A DNA stretch of 56,545 nucleotides from Candidatus Competibacteraceae bacterium (GCA_024641125.1 JAHEDQ010000003.1:1-56545); one strand, 5' to 3'. Shown: positions 24,727 to 36,015, counted from the stretch's first letter. The notes: generated from the sequence alone by a model not told the origin. Made by a program: numbers and translations.

Positions 24727-26316
24727 ATGAACAAGATGCTCGCCGCCGCAGCGGGGCTGGCACTATCCGCCATTGCGGTCGGGGCTCAGGGTAAAACCCT
24801 GGTGTTCTGCTCGGAGGGAAGCCCCGAAGGCTTTAACCCGCAATTGTTTACCGCAGGCACGACCTTCGATGCCAGTTCCCGGCAGGTCTACGATGGTCTG
24901 GTGCAGTTCGAACGCGGAACCACCAACATCATGCCCGGCCTGGCCGAATCCTGGACCGTCAGCGACGATGGTCTGGTCTACACCTTCAATCTTCGCAAGG
25001 GCGTCAAGTTTCACTCCAGCGAGGGATTCACCCCGAGCCGCGACTTCAATGCGGACGACGTCGTGTTCAGCTTCGAGCGCCAGTGGAAGCCGGACAACCC
25101 CTACCACAAGGTTTCCGGGGGGACCTACGAATACTTCAACGGCATGAGCATGCCGGATCTCCTGAAGGAGATCGAGAAGGTGGACGACTACACGGTACGC
25201 TTTCATCTGAATCGGCCTGAAGCCCCGTTCATCGCCAACCTGGGTATGGACTTCGCGTCCATTCTTTCCGCCGAGTACGCCGATGCCATGCTCGCAGCCG
25301 GGACGCCGGAAGTCATCGACCTTGAGCCGATCGGCACCGGTCCCTTCCAGTTCGCGGCCTATCAAAAGGACGCGGTCATCCGCTATCAGGGGTTCGAAGA
25401 TTACTGGCAGGGCAAGCCGGCAATCGACAAGCTGGTGTTTTCCATTACACCAGACGCCTCGGTCCGCTACGCCAAGCTGAAGGCCGGCGAGTGTCATGTC
25501 ATGCCCTACCCCAATCCAGCAGACCTGAAGGCCATGGCTGACGAGGCCGATATAAACCTGATGCAACAGGAAGGCCTGAATGTGGGCTATCTGGCGTTCA
25601 ACGTGGAGAAAAAGCCGTTCGACAACCGTGAAGTGCGCCAAGCGCTGAACATGGCCATCAACAAGGAAGCGATCATAGAGGCTGTGTTCCAAGGTGCCGG
25701 AACGGTGGCGAAGAATCCGATTCCACCCACCATATGGTCTTACAACGAGGCCACCGTGGACTATCCCTACGATCCCGAGAAGGCCAAACAAATGTTGGCC
25801 GATGCGGGCTATCCAGACGGCTTCGAGACCAATATTTGGGCGATGCCGGTGCAGCGGCCATATAACCCGAACGCCCGAAGGATGGCGGAAATGATTCAGG
25901 CCGATTGGGCCAAGGTCGGGGTGAAAGCCGATATCGTGACCTACGAGTGGGGCGAGTATCTGAAACGGTCCAAAGACGGCGAACATGACACCGTGTTGCT
26001 GGGGTGGACCGGGGATAACGGCGACCCGGATAACTTCCTGGCGGTGCTGCTGGGCTGTGACGGCGTCGGCGGCTCGAACCGCGCCCGCTGGTGCTATCAG
26101 CCGTTCGAGGACTTGATTCAACAGGCCAAGGTTGTGAGTGACCAGGCGGAGCGCACCAAACTGTATGAACAGGCGCAATTGGTGTTCAAGGAAGAAGCGC
26201 CCTGGGTCACGGTGGCCCACTCCGTTGTGTTCAAGCCGATACGCAAAGAAGTAATCGACTTCCGCATCGATCCGTTTGGGGGTCATCCCTTCTACGGAGT
26301 CGACCTGGCGGAGTAA
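24727..26316 (+). CDS. dppA: dipeptide ABC transporter substrate-binding protein
   Basis: The track ORF starts at 24712 (GTG). The ATG at 24727 has GAGGA upstream. It is near-collinear with E. coli DppA (KTLVFCSEGSPEGFNPQLFT, FSITPDASVRYAKLKAGEC, VQRPYNPNARRMAEMIQADWAKVGV, GWTGDNGDPDNF). Confidence 0.9.
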   Translation: MNKMLAAAAGLALSAIAVGAQGKTLVFCSEGSPEGFNPQLFTAGTTFDASSRQVYDGLVQFERGTTNIMPGLAESWTVSDDGLVYTFNLRKGVKFHSSEGFTPSRDFNADDVVFSFERQWKPDNPYHKVSGGTYEYFNGMSMPDLLKEIEKVDDYTVRFHLNRPEAPFIANLGMDFASILSAEYADAMLAAGTPEVIDLEPIGTGPFQFAAYQKDAVIRYQGFEDYWQGKPAIDKLVFSITPDASVRYAKLKAGECHVMPYPNPADLKAMADEADINLMQQEGLNVGYLAFNVEKKPFDNREVRQALNMAINKEAIIEAVFQGAGTVAKNPIPPTIWSYNEATVDYPYDPEKAKQMLADAGYPDGFETNIWAMPVQRPYNPNARRMAEMIQADWAKVGVKADIVTYEWGEYLKRSKDGEHDTVLLGWTGDNGDPDNFLAVLLGCDGVGGSNRARWCYQPFEDLIQQAKVVSDQAERTKLYEQAQLVFKEEAPWVTVAHSVVFKPIRKEVIDFRIDPFGGHPFYGVDLAE

Positions 26317-26330
26317 GGCAGGACCGAAAC

Positions 26331-26359
26331 CCCGGCCGGGATCAGAGCTCCCGGCCGGG
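26331..26359 (+). terminator. strong intercistronic hairpin between dppA and dppB (partial terminator or mRNA stabiliser)
   Basis: CCCGGCCGGG-atcagagct-CCCGGCCGGG. Each arm is self-complementary, so a 10-bp GC stem can form. It begins 15 nt after the dppA stop. Confidence 0.45.
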
Positions 26360-26457
26360 CAAGGAGAGAAATCTCGACCCGCGGTCGCGATCGCACCTAT
26401 GATAAGGGCTCAGTTCACAGCACGGCCCTCTCGGGCCAAGGCGAGACCCCCGGTTAA

Positions 26458-27468
26458 ATGCTGCAATTTCTACTGAAGCGATTGGCCCTGGTGATTCCCG
26501 CCTTTTTCGGGGTCACGCTGCTGACCTTCGCTCTGATCCACCTGATCCCGGGTGACCCGGTGCTGCTGATGGCCGGCGAACGGGGCATTGCCCCGGAAAG
26601 GCACGAGGAACTGCGGCGTGAGATGGGACTGGACCGACCCATGGTCATCCAGTATCTGCATTACATCGGCGGTGTTTTTCAAGGGGACCTGGGCAAATCT
26701 CTGATCTCCAAGAAACCGGTCATGGAAGAGTTCCTGACCCTGTTTCCCGCCACCATCGAGCTGTCCCTATGCGCCATGATTTTCGCCGTGACCATCGGCC
26801 TGCCAGCCGGCATTCTGGCGGCGGTAAGACGGGGAACGGTGTTCGATCACAGCGTGATGGCGGTATCCCTGACCGGCTACTCCATGCCGATATTCTGGTG
26901 GGGACTGCTGCTCATCCTTTTGTTCTCGGTGCAGCTGGGCTGGACGCCGGTGTCAGGACGCATATCGGCCCTGTACTGGGTGGATACGGTGACCGGATTC
27001 ATGCTGATCGACAGCCTGCTGTCGGATGAGGCCGGTGCCTTCACTTCCGCCGTTCGGCATCTGATCCTTCCGTCAATCGTTTTGGGGACCATCCCGCTGG
27101 CGGTCATCGCCCGCATGACGCGATCCGCGACCCTGGAAGTGCTGCGGGAGGACTATATCCGCACCGCCCGGGCCAAGGGCTTATCCCCGATGCGGGTGAT
27201 CGGGCTGCATGCCCTGCGCAACGCCTTGATCCCGGTGATCACCGTCATCGGACTGCAGGTGGGTGTGCTGTTGGCCGGCGCCATTCTGACGGAAACCATT
27301 TTTGCCTGGCCGGGGGTCGGGAAGTGGTTGGTGGAGTCCATCGGACGGCGCGATTATCCGGCAGTGCAAGGCGGCATTCTGCTGGTGGCAACGGTGGTCA
27401 TCCTGGTCAACCTCGTGGTCGATATCCTGTACGGTGTCATCAACCCGCGCATTCGGCACACACGCTAA
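26458..27468 (+). CDS. dppB: dipeptide ABC transporter permease
   Basis: 336-aa ORF. MLQFLLKRLALVIPAFFGVTLLTFALIHLIPGDP is the typical DppB/OppB N-terminus. Confidence 0.9.
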   Translation: MLQFLLKRLALVIPAFFGVTLLTFALIHLIPGDPVLLMAGERGIAPERHEELRREMGLDRPMVIQYLHYIGGVFQGDLGKSLISKKPVMEEFLTLFPATIELSLCAMIFAVTIGLPAGILAAVRRGTVFDHSVMAVSLTGYSMPIFWWGLLLILLFSVQLGWTPVSGRISALYWVDTVTGFMLIDSLLSDEAGAFTSAVRHLILPSIVLGTIPLAVIARMTRSATLEVLREDYIRTARAKGLSPMRVIGLHALRNALIPVITVIGLQVGVLLAGAILTETIFAWPGVGKWLVESIGRRDYPAVQGGILLVATVVILVNLVVDILYGVINPRIRHTR

Positions 27469-28364
27469 TGAGTGAAACCGTCCAAGTCTCCAGTTCCGAG
27501 GCACCCCCCCATCCATTGCAAGAGTTCTGGCACTACTTCAGCCAGAACGCCGGTGCCGTGGCCGGGCTTGTGTTCATTTGCGTGATTGTTGTGGTGGCTG
27601 TTCTGGCCGACGTCCTGGCCCCGCATCCCCCCTTTGAGCAGTACCGGGACGCCCTGTTGGTGCCGCCGTTCTGGCAAGACGGGGGCAGCACCCGATTCCT
27701 GCTGGGTACCGACGACGTGGGCCGCGACATCCTGTCGCGGTTGATGTACGGGGCACGCCTGTCGCTGATGATCGGTGCCATGGTGGTCACTCTGTCCCTG
27801 GCGGTGGGCATTCTGCTGGGCCTGGTAGCGGGCTACTTCCGGGGCGCGACCGAGGCCATCATCATGCGCATCATGGATGTCATGCTGGCCCTGCCGAGCC
27901 TGTTACTGGCCATCGCCATTGTCGCCATTCTGGGGCCCAGCCTGTTCAATGCGGCCATCGCCATTGCCATCGTCGTGCTGCCGCATTACGTGCGCCTGAC
28001 CCGGGCCGCCGCCATTTCGGAGGTCGGCAAGGACTATGTTACGGCCTCGAGGGTGGCGGGGGCGGGCCGTATGCGCATCATGTTCATTACCATCCTGCCC
28101 AACTGCATGGCGCCCCTGATCGTGCAGGCTACGCTTGGCTTTTCTTCAGCCATTCTGGACGCTGCGGCCCTGGGCTTCCTCGGTCTGGGTGCGCAACCGC
28201 CTACGCCGGAATGGGGCAGCATGCTGGCCAACGCACTGCAGTTCCTGCAACGGGCCTGGTGGGTGGTCACATTCCCGGGCCTTTCGATTCTGCTTACGGT
28301 TCTGGCCTTCAATCTCATGGGCGATGGGCTGCGCGACGCCCTGGATCCGAAGATGAAAGTCTGA
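27468..28364 (+). CDS. dppC: dipeptide ABC transporter permease
   Basis: The ATG overlaps the dppB stop (TAATG at 27466-27470). Begins MSETVQ..., with a DppC/OppC-type permease body (..[20 protein letters not shown]..). Confidence 0.9.
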   Translation: MSETVQVSSSEAPPHPLQEFWHYFSQNAGAVAGLVFICVIVVVAVLADVLAPHPPFEQYRDALLVPPFWQDGGSTRFLLGTDDVGRDILSRLMYGARLSLMIGAMVVTLSLAVGILLGLVAGYFRGATEAIIMRIMDVMLALPSLLLAIAIVAILGPSLFNAAIAIAIVVLPHYVRLTRAAAISEVGKDYVTASRVAGAGRMRIMFITILPNCMAPLIVQATLGFSSAILDAAALGFLGLGAQPPTPEWGSMLANALQFLQRAWWVVTFPGLSILLTVLAFNLMGDGLRDALDPKMKV

Positions 28365-29341
28365 TGGCGCTGGTCGAAATCGACAATTTAACGGTGGAGT
28401 TCGGCGCCAAGGGAGATGCCCTGCGGGCGGTGGACGGTGTATCGCTGAGTTTGTCGGAGGGTGAACTGGTGGGCATCGTCGGTGAATCCGGTTCCGGGAA
28501 AAGCGTGGCCTCCCTGGCGATGATGGGGTTGATCGACTTTCCGGGACGGGTCAGCGCCGACCGGATGCAGTTCGACGGTCAAGACATGCTGGCCCTGCCC
28601 CAGAAAGAGCGGCGCGCCATCACCGGCCGTGAGATGGCGATGATTTTCCAGGAACCCATGACCAGCCTGAACCCCTGCTTCACCGTCGGCTTCCAGATCG
28701 GCGAGGCGCTGAAGGTGCATCAGGGCGGCGATCGCCAATCCAGGCGCAAACGGACGTTGGAACTGCTGGATCAGGTCGGCATTCCGGAACCGGCTCAGCG
28801 CATGTCGGCATTCCCCCATCAACTTTCCGGGGGCATGAGCCAGCGCGTCATGATCGCCATGGCCATCGCCTGCAATCCACGGCTGTTGATCGCCGATGAA
28901 CCCACCACCGCGTTGGACGTCACCATTCAATTCCAAATCCTGGAATTGCTGCTGTCGCTGCAGCGGGAACGGGGCATGGCCATGATTCTCATCACCCACG
29001 ATCTCGGACTGGTATCGGAGGCCGCCCAGCGCGTGATCGTCATGTACGCAGGGCAGGTGGTGGAAACCGGCCCCGTGCCTGGCATGTTCCAGCAGCCGCG
29101 CCACCCCTATACCGCGGCGCTGATGAAGGCGTTGCCGGGCGAGGCCCGGGGCCAAGCCCGATTGGAGACGATTCCCGGGGTCGTACCCGGCAAATACGAT
29201 CGGCCCACGGGTTGCCTGCTCAGTCCGCGCTGCAAATTCGCCACCGATCGGTGCAAAACCGCACAACCCAGTCTTATCGGCCCCGACGGCCGCCAAGTGC
29301 GCTGCCATACACCGCTGGATGCGGACGGGCGGCCCACGTGA
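28364..29341 (+). CDS. dppD: dipeptide ABC transporter ATP-binding protein
   Basis: The ATG overlaps the dppC stop (TGATG). Walker A GESGSGKS, signature LSGGMSQR, Walker [13 protein letters not shown]. Confidence 0.9.
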   Translation: MALVEIDNLTVEFGAKGDALRAVDGVSLSLSEGELVGIVGESGSGKSVASLAMMGLIDFPGRVSADRMQFDGQDMLALPQKERRAITGREMAMIFQEPMTSLNPCFTVGFQIGEALKVHQGGDRQSRRKRTLELLDQVGIPEPAQRMSAFPHQLSGGMSQRVMIAMAIACNPRLLIADEPTTALDVTIQFQILELLLSLQRERGMAMILITHDLGLVSEAAQRVIVMYAGQVVETGPVPGMFQQPRHPYTAALMKALPGEARGQARLETIPGVVPGKYDRPTGCLLSPRCKFATDRCKTAQPSLIGPDGRQVRCHTPLDADGRPT

Positions 29342-30348
29342 GCGCAGACACCAACGCTACCCCGGTGCTGGCCGCACGCGAGCTGACGAAACACTATGAG
29401 GTAGCCAAGGGCTGGGGGAAACCGAAAGCCCGGGTCAACGCACTGAACGGCGTGAGCTTTGACCTGGCGAGTGGTCAGACCGTTGCCGTGGTCGGTGAAT
29501 CAGGTTGTGGAAAATCCACGCTGGCTCGACAGGTTACCCTGATCGAGCGACCCAGCAGTGGTGCTTTACTGATCGACGGACAGGATATTGCCGCTGCGGA
29601 CACCAGCCAGATCAAAGTGGCCCGGCGCAAGGTGCAGATCGTATTCCAGGACCCGTTCGGATCGCTCAACCCTCGCAAGAAGGTCGGCACCATCATCGGA
29701 GAACCGCTGGCCATAAACACCACCTTGAGCCGGGCGGAGCGTCGGGAGAAAGTGCGCTGGATCATGGACCGGGTGGGCCTCAGGCCCGAACACGCCGGGC
29801 GCTACCCGCATATGTTCTCCGGTGGGCAGCGCCAGCGTATCGCCGTGGCCAGAGCCCTGACCCTGCAACCCAAGATTGTGGTTGCCGACGAACCGGTGTC
29901 TGCCCTGGATGTGTCAATCCAGGCTCAGGTACTGAACCTGCTGATGGACCTTCAGGACGAGTTCGAGCTGGCATACCTGTTCATTTCCCACGACCTTTCG
30001 GTGGTGGAGCATATCTGCGACCAGGTCATGGTGATGTACCTGGGACGTGCCGTGGAATTCGGCGCCAAGGAAACCGTGTTTGCCCAACCCAGGCACCCCT
30101 ATACGCAGGCGCTAATGGCGGCAACACCTCACATCGATCCGGAAAAGCGAAAGCGACGAATCGTGCTGAGCGGCGAACTCCCCTCGCCCATGAGTCTGCC
30201 CGACGGCTGCGCGTTCCACGCGCGCTGCCCCTATGCACGGGATGACTGCACGACACTGCGGCCTGAACTGCGCCTGGTGGATGGCCGCGAAGTCGCCTGT
30301 CACCACGCCGAAAACATCGACGCACCCGGTCGAGACTCGGCCCGGTAA
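29338..30348 (+). CDS. dppF: dipeptide ABC transporter ATP-binding protein
   Basis: The GTG overlaps the dppD stop (GTGA at 29338-29341). Walker [10 protein letters not shown], signature FSGGQRQR, Walker [12 protein letters not shown]. Confidence 0.9.
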   Translation: MSADTNATPVLAARELTKHYEVAKGWGKPKARVNALNGVSFDLASGQTVAVVGESGCGKSTLARQVTLIERPSSGALLIDGQDIAAADTSQIKVARRKVQIVFQDPFGSLNPRKKVGTIIGEPLAINTTLSRAERREKVRWIMDRVGLRPEHAGRYPHMFSGGQRQRIAVARALTLQPKIVVADEPVSALDVSIQAQVLNLLMDLQDEFELAYLFISHDLSVVEHICDQVMVMYLGRAVEFGAKETVFAQPRHPYTQALMAATPHIDPEKRKRRIVLSGELPSPMSLPDGCAFHARCPYARDDCTTLRPELRLVDGREVACHHAENIDAPGRDSAR

Positions 30349-30570
30349 GTCAGTGACCGGTGGCGACCCGTAAGGCTGGCAATGGACGGGCCAGGCCCAT
30401 GCATGCGTGGATGCGAGATCGACCAGAGATTTTGGACGATCACGACACAAGGGCATGAAGTGGCGTATCATCTCGACGCTACTCAGGCATAACGGTCGGT
30501 CCATCGTGCACCTTGACCGCGCTACTCAAGCCCTCCCAATGAGCGAACCTTTGGTCGATGCGGCACACCT

Positions 30571-32028
30571 ATGAAAGCGCCAACCCCGGTTGACCCCGGT
30601 CGTAGGGCACGGCTCACGGTCTATCAGTACACCGGGCTCATTTTCGGCATCGGCGCGCTGATGCTCACTGCGCTGGCCTTGTTCACCGCCCGGGAGGTGC
30701 AGCAGTTCAATACCCTGTCCGAGCAGAGCCGGCACACAGCGGCCCGTCGGGATCTTGATCAGGCGGTGCAGACGTTGCTGGCGGATGCCCGCGGCATACT
30801 GCGGGAAGTGACCCTGTGGGACGAGACCTCAAGGCAGATCGAGAACCCGGGCACCTATCAGTTCTGGTGGCGCAACACCCTGATGAACCCGGCGCGAGTG
30901 CCGCACTATGTTCAGGCCATGGAGGTGTACGACGCGGATGGCAACAGTCTGAACCAGGTCAAGGAGACCCCGATGCCGGAATCGGTGGCCGGTCCCGGCG
31001 CCTATGTCAGTTGGGACGGCTACGGCGACAGCCTGTTTCAGGTGGTTCCGATTCTGGACGCCCGCGGCAACTGGCCACCAATCGGATTTCTGGGCGTGCG
31101 GATCTCTCTGCTTCTGGCCATCGCCGACCTGTATGAATTCGATCATCTGGTTGGCGACAGCCTGGAATTCGATCTGCTGTCAGACGAACAGCTTGCGCCG
31201 GATCAACTCACCGAACGCACGACCTATCGCTTGCGACCCCATTCGGAATTGCAGGGACTGGTAGCAGCGGTCAATCAGGGCACGTTCCGTCTGGTGGCGC
31301 TGAACATGCTAATACTGATTCTGGGGGTATGGGGGTTGCACGCGCTGATCGCCCGGCCGCTGCACCGTCTGGAACGCGAGGTATCGCGCCTGGACTCCGA
31401 CAAGGAAATCTCATTAGCCCAATTTCCGCCGTTTCGGGTTCGCGAGCTCGACCAGCTGGGAAAAACAATCGACCGCTATCACAGCGCATTGAGTGAGATG
31501 GCGGAAGACCTGGATCGCAAGAACGCGGAGTTGTGGAGTCTGGCACACCTGGACCCACTGACCGGCGTTCGCAACCGACGGGCATTTGAAGAGGACTGGG
31601 AAAAAATCCTGATCGGTTCGCATGATCAGACTCTGGCGGTGAGCTTTATCATGTTCGATTGCGACCAGCTCAAATCGATCAATGATGCATTCGGCCACGA
31701 AACCGGCGATCAGGTCATTCGCACCGTTGCCGACCAACTGTCCGCACAACTGCCTGCGGGGGCCCATCTGTACCGGTTGGGCGGTGACGAATTCGCCACC
31801 GTGCTGTGCGGTGCCGATGCAGATCAGGCCAAGGCCCTGGCCATGCGCTGCGAAACAGCCCTGGCCAGTCAGTCGGTTCACGGCCTGGAACTGGATGAGC
31901 CGCTCACAATCAGCACCGGCGTGGCCCAGCACCCAGGCGGTGACCGGGCCGCGCTGGAAAAGCTGCCGCGGGAAGCCGATGTGGCCATGTACCGGTCCAA
32001 ACGCTCCAATCGAGTGGCCAAGGCTTGA
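30571..32028 (+). CDS. membrane-anchored diguanylate cyclase (GGDEF)
   Basis: 485-aa ORF with two TM segments flanking a periplasmic-type sensor region. C-terminal GGDEF domain (RLGGDEF, ..DCDQLKSINDAFGHETGD..). Confidence 0.85.
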   Translation: MKAPTPVDPGRRARLTVYQYTGLIFGIGALMLTALALFTAREVQQFNTLSEQSRHTAARRDLDQAVQTLLADARGILREVTLWDETSRQIENPGTYQFWWRNTLMNPARVPHYVQAMEVYDADGNSLNQVKETPMPESVAGPGAYVSWDGYGDSLFQVVPILDARGNWPPIGFLGVRISLLLAIADLYEFDHLVGDSLEFDLLSDEQLAPDQLTERTTYRLRPHSELQGLVAAVNQGTFRLVALNMLILILGVWGLHALIARPLHRLEREVSRLDSDKEISLAQFPPFRVRELDQLGKTIDRYHSALSEMAEDLDRKNAELWSLAHLDPLTGVRNRRAFEEDWEKILIGSHDQTLAVSFIMFDCDQLKSINDAFGHETGDQVIRTVADQLSAQLPAGAHLYRLGGDEFATVLCGADADQAKALAMRCETALASQSVHGLELDEPLTISTGVAQHPGGDRAALEKLPREADVAMYRSKRSNRVAKA

Positions 32029-32478
32029 CCAGCGCGCGGGCAAGGCTCAAGCTCCCGCACCGGAACCTAGGAAGGTCTGATCAATTGCAGCGACCGCGCC
32101 GGGGTTTTTGCGCTCTCTTGTACAAGGCGCAGCGAGCGCAGTTGGCCCATGGCAAATAGGTGAGTTGCCAATGAGCGAGGTGTAGCGCGCTACCAAGGGC
32201 GCAAAGGCCGGCCCCGCTGGGGTTTCGCCCACAAAAGCGCATCTGCCTCATTTCCCGGCTTGGCCATAGAATAATTATGGCGCTGCGCCGGAGGCCGTGT
32301 GTTTGCGCCCTTGTGGACCGAAACGCGATTCGTATCATTTGACCAGACCTTATCCTAACAACAGGGTGAATGTCCGTTGCCTTGCTACACTGGTGACAGC
32401 GGCTCGTTATGCCCGCGACCGTCAGGATGTGCGGTCGACCAAGCTTCCGGATGGAATCCGGCGCATGGCAGAAGAACT

Positions 32479-33420
32479 GTGGTAGAAGAAATCAAAAACG
32501 GCACCCGCAGGACGCTGAATGGCAGTCTGTGCGTTTACTTCGATGGCTACTGGATACGCTGCTACATACCGCCAAAGGACACGCTGGCGGAACGTAAGCG
32601 TCTGATCGATAACCTGACGCGGCGCACATTCCACCACACCGAGCCTGGCATCAACACGCCGGGTGATCGTCTCGAACTTGCGCGCGCGGCGCATGATCGC
32701 GAGACAGAACCCAAGCGAAAACGGATCAAGGCTGCGATGCTCGCCGGTGCCCTCTTTAACCGGGCAACGGATATTTTCACCTCGGTGGTAGACCTGGCCG
32801 AGCGCGGCGTAACCGTGAGCCAGGACAATGAACTGATGCGCGAGTGCGGTGCCTGTTTTCAGGAGGCCCTGGCACTGGGCAAACAGGTCAAACACTACAG
32901 CGGACAAGAAGGTATAGACGAGCTCTGGGGCGAGCCCTTCAAGGCGTTTACCCTGCCGGTGGAGAAATTCTATGAGAGCCGCTACATCAAAATCGCCCAG
33001 AGCATGCGCGACATCGACCGGGTGGCGGACCGGCTGGTCGATCTGTTCGACAACGATCCCAGTTTCAGCGGCCTGACGGCGCTGATAAGGACCTACGCAG
33101 GCGCTGCCAAAAGCGAATGCGAGACCATGAAGAGCGATGTCGATATTTTTGATATCTGGGCCAACTTTACGGCCTCGGGAGAAGCCGTTGTCGAGTTCCA
33201 ACCCAGAACGGTGGAGTCCATGTCCAAACGCAGGATTCGGCGCATCATGGAGGGCCGCACCCTGGTCCGAGAGGGTAAGGAACTGATTGCTTACGTGGCC
33301 GGTGCGCGGGTGCCCATGCCCAAGAGCACCCAGGCTTTTCTGGATCGATGCGAAGCTTATCAGCAGGCTGCGGTCCGAATTGGCGACGACCCGGCCACCT
33401 CCAGTCTGGCGGCGCGCTAG
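32479..33420 (+). CDS. conserved-looking hypothetical protein (no family recognised)
   Basis: The frame is open from 32377 and has no in-frame ATG before residue about 110. I chose the GTG at 32479. Amino-acid composition is normal (K/E/D/I/F/Y), whereas the 360-aa antisense ORF is R/G/A-rich. Confidence 0.55.
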   Translation: MVEEIKNGTRRTLNGSLCVYFDGYWIRCYIPPKDTLAERKRLIDNLTRRTFHHTEPGINTPGDRLELARAAHDRETEPKRKRIKAAMLAGALFNRATDIFTSVVDLAERGVTVSQDNELMRECGACFQEALALGKQVKHYSGQEGIDELWGEPFKAFTLPVEKFYESRYIKIAQSMRDIDRVADRLVDLFDNDPSFSGLTALIRTYAGAAKSECETMKSDVDIFDIWANFTASGEAVVEFQPRTVESMSKRRIRRIMEGRTLVREGKELIAYVAGARVPMPKSTQAFLDRCEAYQQAAVRIGDDPATSSLAAR

Positions 33421-33555
33421 CCCGCGGAAACTGCCCGACGCCAGCGCCTGCGGTGGAGCAACCAGCCCCACCCTCGTTGTAGAATCCGCCCGGTCGGGAA
33501 CCACGACTCTTCCTTCACCGCGTCACCCGTCGAGCATTCAGTCCAGGAGACACGC

Positions 33556-34743
33556 ATGAGCGACCATGGGAAACCCCAATTCGATTGGCAGGATCCGATG
33601 TTGCTGGACCATCAACTCAGCACCGAGGAGCACATGGTGCGGGACAGCGCCCGCAGCTACTGCCAGGAGCAACTTATGCCTCGGGTTCTCGAGGCCAACC
33701 GGCATGAGCATTTCCACCGGGAGATCATGACCGAAATGGGCGAGCTGGGCCTTCTGGGCTGCACCATCCACGGTTATGGCTGTGCCGGTCTGAACTACGT
33801 CAGCTATGGCCTGATCGCGCGCGAGGTCGAACGGGTGGATTCGGGCTACCGCTCGGCCATGAGTGTTCAATCCAGTCTGGTCATGCATCCAATCCACGCG
33901 TACGGAACCGAAGCCCAGCGCGAGCGATACCTGCCCAAACTGGCCACCGGGGAATGGGTGGGGTGCTTTGGCTTGACCGAACCGGACCACGGCTCCGACC
34001 CGGGCGGAATGACCACTCGGGCCCGCGCCGTTGACGGCGGCTATCGGCTGAACGGAAGCAAGATCTGGATCACAAACAGCCCCATCGCGGATGTGCTGGT
34101 GGTGTGGGCCAAGGACGATGAAAACGCGATCCGCGGCTTCGTGCTGGAGCGCGGCATGGAGGGTCTGACGACCCCCAAGATCGAGGGCAAGTTCGCACTC
34201 AGGGCCTCGGTCACCGGAGAGATCGTCATGGATGACGTGTTTGTGCCAGAGGAAAATCTGCTGCCCAATGTACGCGGACTCAAAGGGCCTTTCGGCTGCC
34301 TCAATCGGGCGCGCTACGGCATCGCATGGGGATCCCTGGGCGCGGCCGAGTTCTGCTGGCATGCGGCCCGGCTTTACACGCTGGAACGGAAGCAGTTCGG
34401 GCGACCACTGGCCGCCACCCAGTTGGTGCAACGCAAGCTCGCGGATATGCAGACGGAGATCACCCTGGGTCTGCAGGCCGTGCTCCGGGTCGGTCTGTTG
34501 ATGGATCAAGGGACGGCGGCACCGGAGCTGATTTCGCTGGTCAAACGCAACAACTGCGGCAAGGCGCTGGATGTGGCCCGGGTTGCCCGGGATATGCACG
34601 GCGGTAACGGAATTTCCGACGAGTACCATGTGATCCGGCACACCATGAACCTTGAGGCGGTCAACACCTACGAAGGCACCCATGACATACACGCACTGAT
34701 CCTGGGTCGTGCTCAAACCGGCATCCAGGCTTTTACCGCATAG
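33556..34743 (+). CDS. gcdH: glutaryl-CoA dehydrogenase
   Basis: 395-aa ORF. Acyl-CoA dehydrogenase fold with a GcdH-type sequence ([48 protein letters not shown]). Confidence 0.85.
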   Translation: MSDHGKPQFDWQDPMLLDHQLSTEEHMVRDSARSYCQEQLMPRVLEANRHEHFHREIMTEMGELGLLGCTIHGYGCAGLNYVSYGLIAREVERVDSGYRSAMSVQSSLVMHPIHAYGTEAQRERYLPKLATGEWVGCFGLTEPDHGSDPGGMTTRARAVDGGYRLNGSKIWITNSPIADVLVVWAKDDENAIRGFVLERGMEGLTTPKIEGKFALRASVTGEIVMDDVFVPEENLLPNVRGLKGPFGCLNRARYGIAWGSLGAAEFCWHAARLYTLERKQFGRPLAATQLVQRKLADMQTEITLGLQAVLRVGLLMDQGTAAPELISLVKRNNCGKALDVARVARDMHGGNGISDEYHVIRHTMNLEAVNTYEGTHDIHALILGRAQTGIQAFTA

Positions 34744-34751
34744 GCATCCGG

Positions 34752-35987
34752 ATGATGGATCAACCGACGGGTGCACTGTCGCATGTCCGGGTGCTGGATT
34801 TGAGCCGGGTGCTGGCCGGACCCTGGTCCAGCCAGGTTCTGGCCGATCTGGGTGCCGAGGTGATCAAGATTGAGCGCCCGGAAACAGGCGATGACACGCG
34901 CGCCTGGGGCCCACCCTACGCACCGGATGCCAAGCACGGCGGTCCCGCTGAGTCGGCCTATTTTCTCAGCGCCAATCGGGGTAAGTCTTCGGTCACCATC
35001 GATATCACCCGGACCGAAGGCCAAGCTTTGGTCCGGGAGTTGGCCACACACTGCGACGTGGTGATCGAAAACTTCAAGGTGGGCGGGCTGCGCAAATACG
35101 GCCTGGACTACGACAGTCTGTCCACCTCGAATCCGGCACTGGTCTATTGTTCCATCACCGGATTCGGTCAGACCGGACCCTACGCCCATCGGCCCGGCTA
35201 CGATTTCATGATTCAGGCCATGGGCGGACTCATGAGTGTAACCGGTGAGCCGGATGCTGTGCCGGGAGGCGGTCCGCAGAAAGTGGGGGTGGCCCTGGCC
35301 GACATCCTGACCGGTCTGTATGCCACAATTGGCATTCTTGGCGCACTGACACATCGTGATCGAACCGGGCAAGGCCAGTACATCGACTTGGCACTGCTGG
35401 ACGTGCAGGTGGCGTGTCTGGCCAATCAGGCCATGAATTATCTGATATCAGGGCAGCCACCTGGGCGGCTGGGCAACGCACACCCCAATATCGTGCCGTA
35501 TCAGACTTTCGCCGCCACCGATGGCCATTTCATACTCGCGGTGGGAAACGATGCCCAATTCGAGCGCCTCTGCGGACTGCTCGGAGAGCACGGCTGGGCC
35601 CGGGATCCACGCTTTTCCAGCAATTCGGAGCGGGTGGAGCAGCGCGCGGAACTGGTGCCGCTGCTGCAGAAACACTTCGAGCGCCACCCGGTGGACCGAT
35701 GGCTGGCGGACCTGGAGCGGATCGACGTTCCCTGCGGGCCGATCAATACCCTGGACCGGGTGTTCGCCGATCCGCAGGTACAGCATCGGGGCATGCGTCT
35801 GAACCTGCCGCATTGCCTTGCGGGATCGGTGCCGCAGGTGGCCAATCCATTGAACATGTCATATTCGAAAGTGGGGTCGGGTAAGGCACCGCCTGCGCTC
35901 GGTGAGGACACCGAATCGGTACTCGCCCGTCTTCTGGATCTATCGCCGGATCGACTGCGTATGCTGCACGAAACCGGCATCATATAA
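34752..35987 (+). CDS. family III CoA-transferase (CaiB/BaiF; glutarate or succinyl-CoA transferase-like)
   Basis: 411-aa ORF with LSHVRVLDLSRVLAGPW, VIKIERPETGDDTRAWGPP and ENFKVGGLRKYGLDY. Confidence 0.8.
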   Translation: MMDQPTGALSHVRVLDLSRVLAGPWSSQVLADLGAEVIKIERPETGDDTRAWGPPYAPDAKHGGPAESAYFLSANRGKSSVTIDITRTEGQALVRELATHCDVVIENFKVGGLRKYGLDYDSLSTSNPALVYCSITGFGQTGPYAHRPGYDFMIQAMGGLMSVTGEPDAVPGGGPQKVGVALADILTGLYATIGILGALTHRDRTGQGQYIDLALLDVQVACLANQAMNYLISGQPPGRLGNAHPNIVPYQTFAATDGHFILAVGNDAQFERLCGLLGEHGWARDPRFSSNSERVEQRAELVPLLQKHFERHPVDRWLADLERIDVPCGPINTLDRVFADPQVQHRGMRLNLPHCLAGSVPQVANPLNMSYSKVGSGKAPPALGEDTESVLARLLDLSPDRLRMLHETGII

Positions 35988-36015
35988 ACCAAACACCACC
36001 GGGAGGACAGATTCA

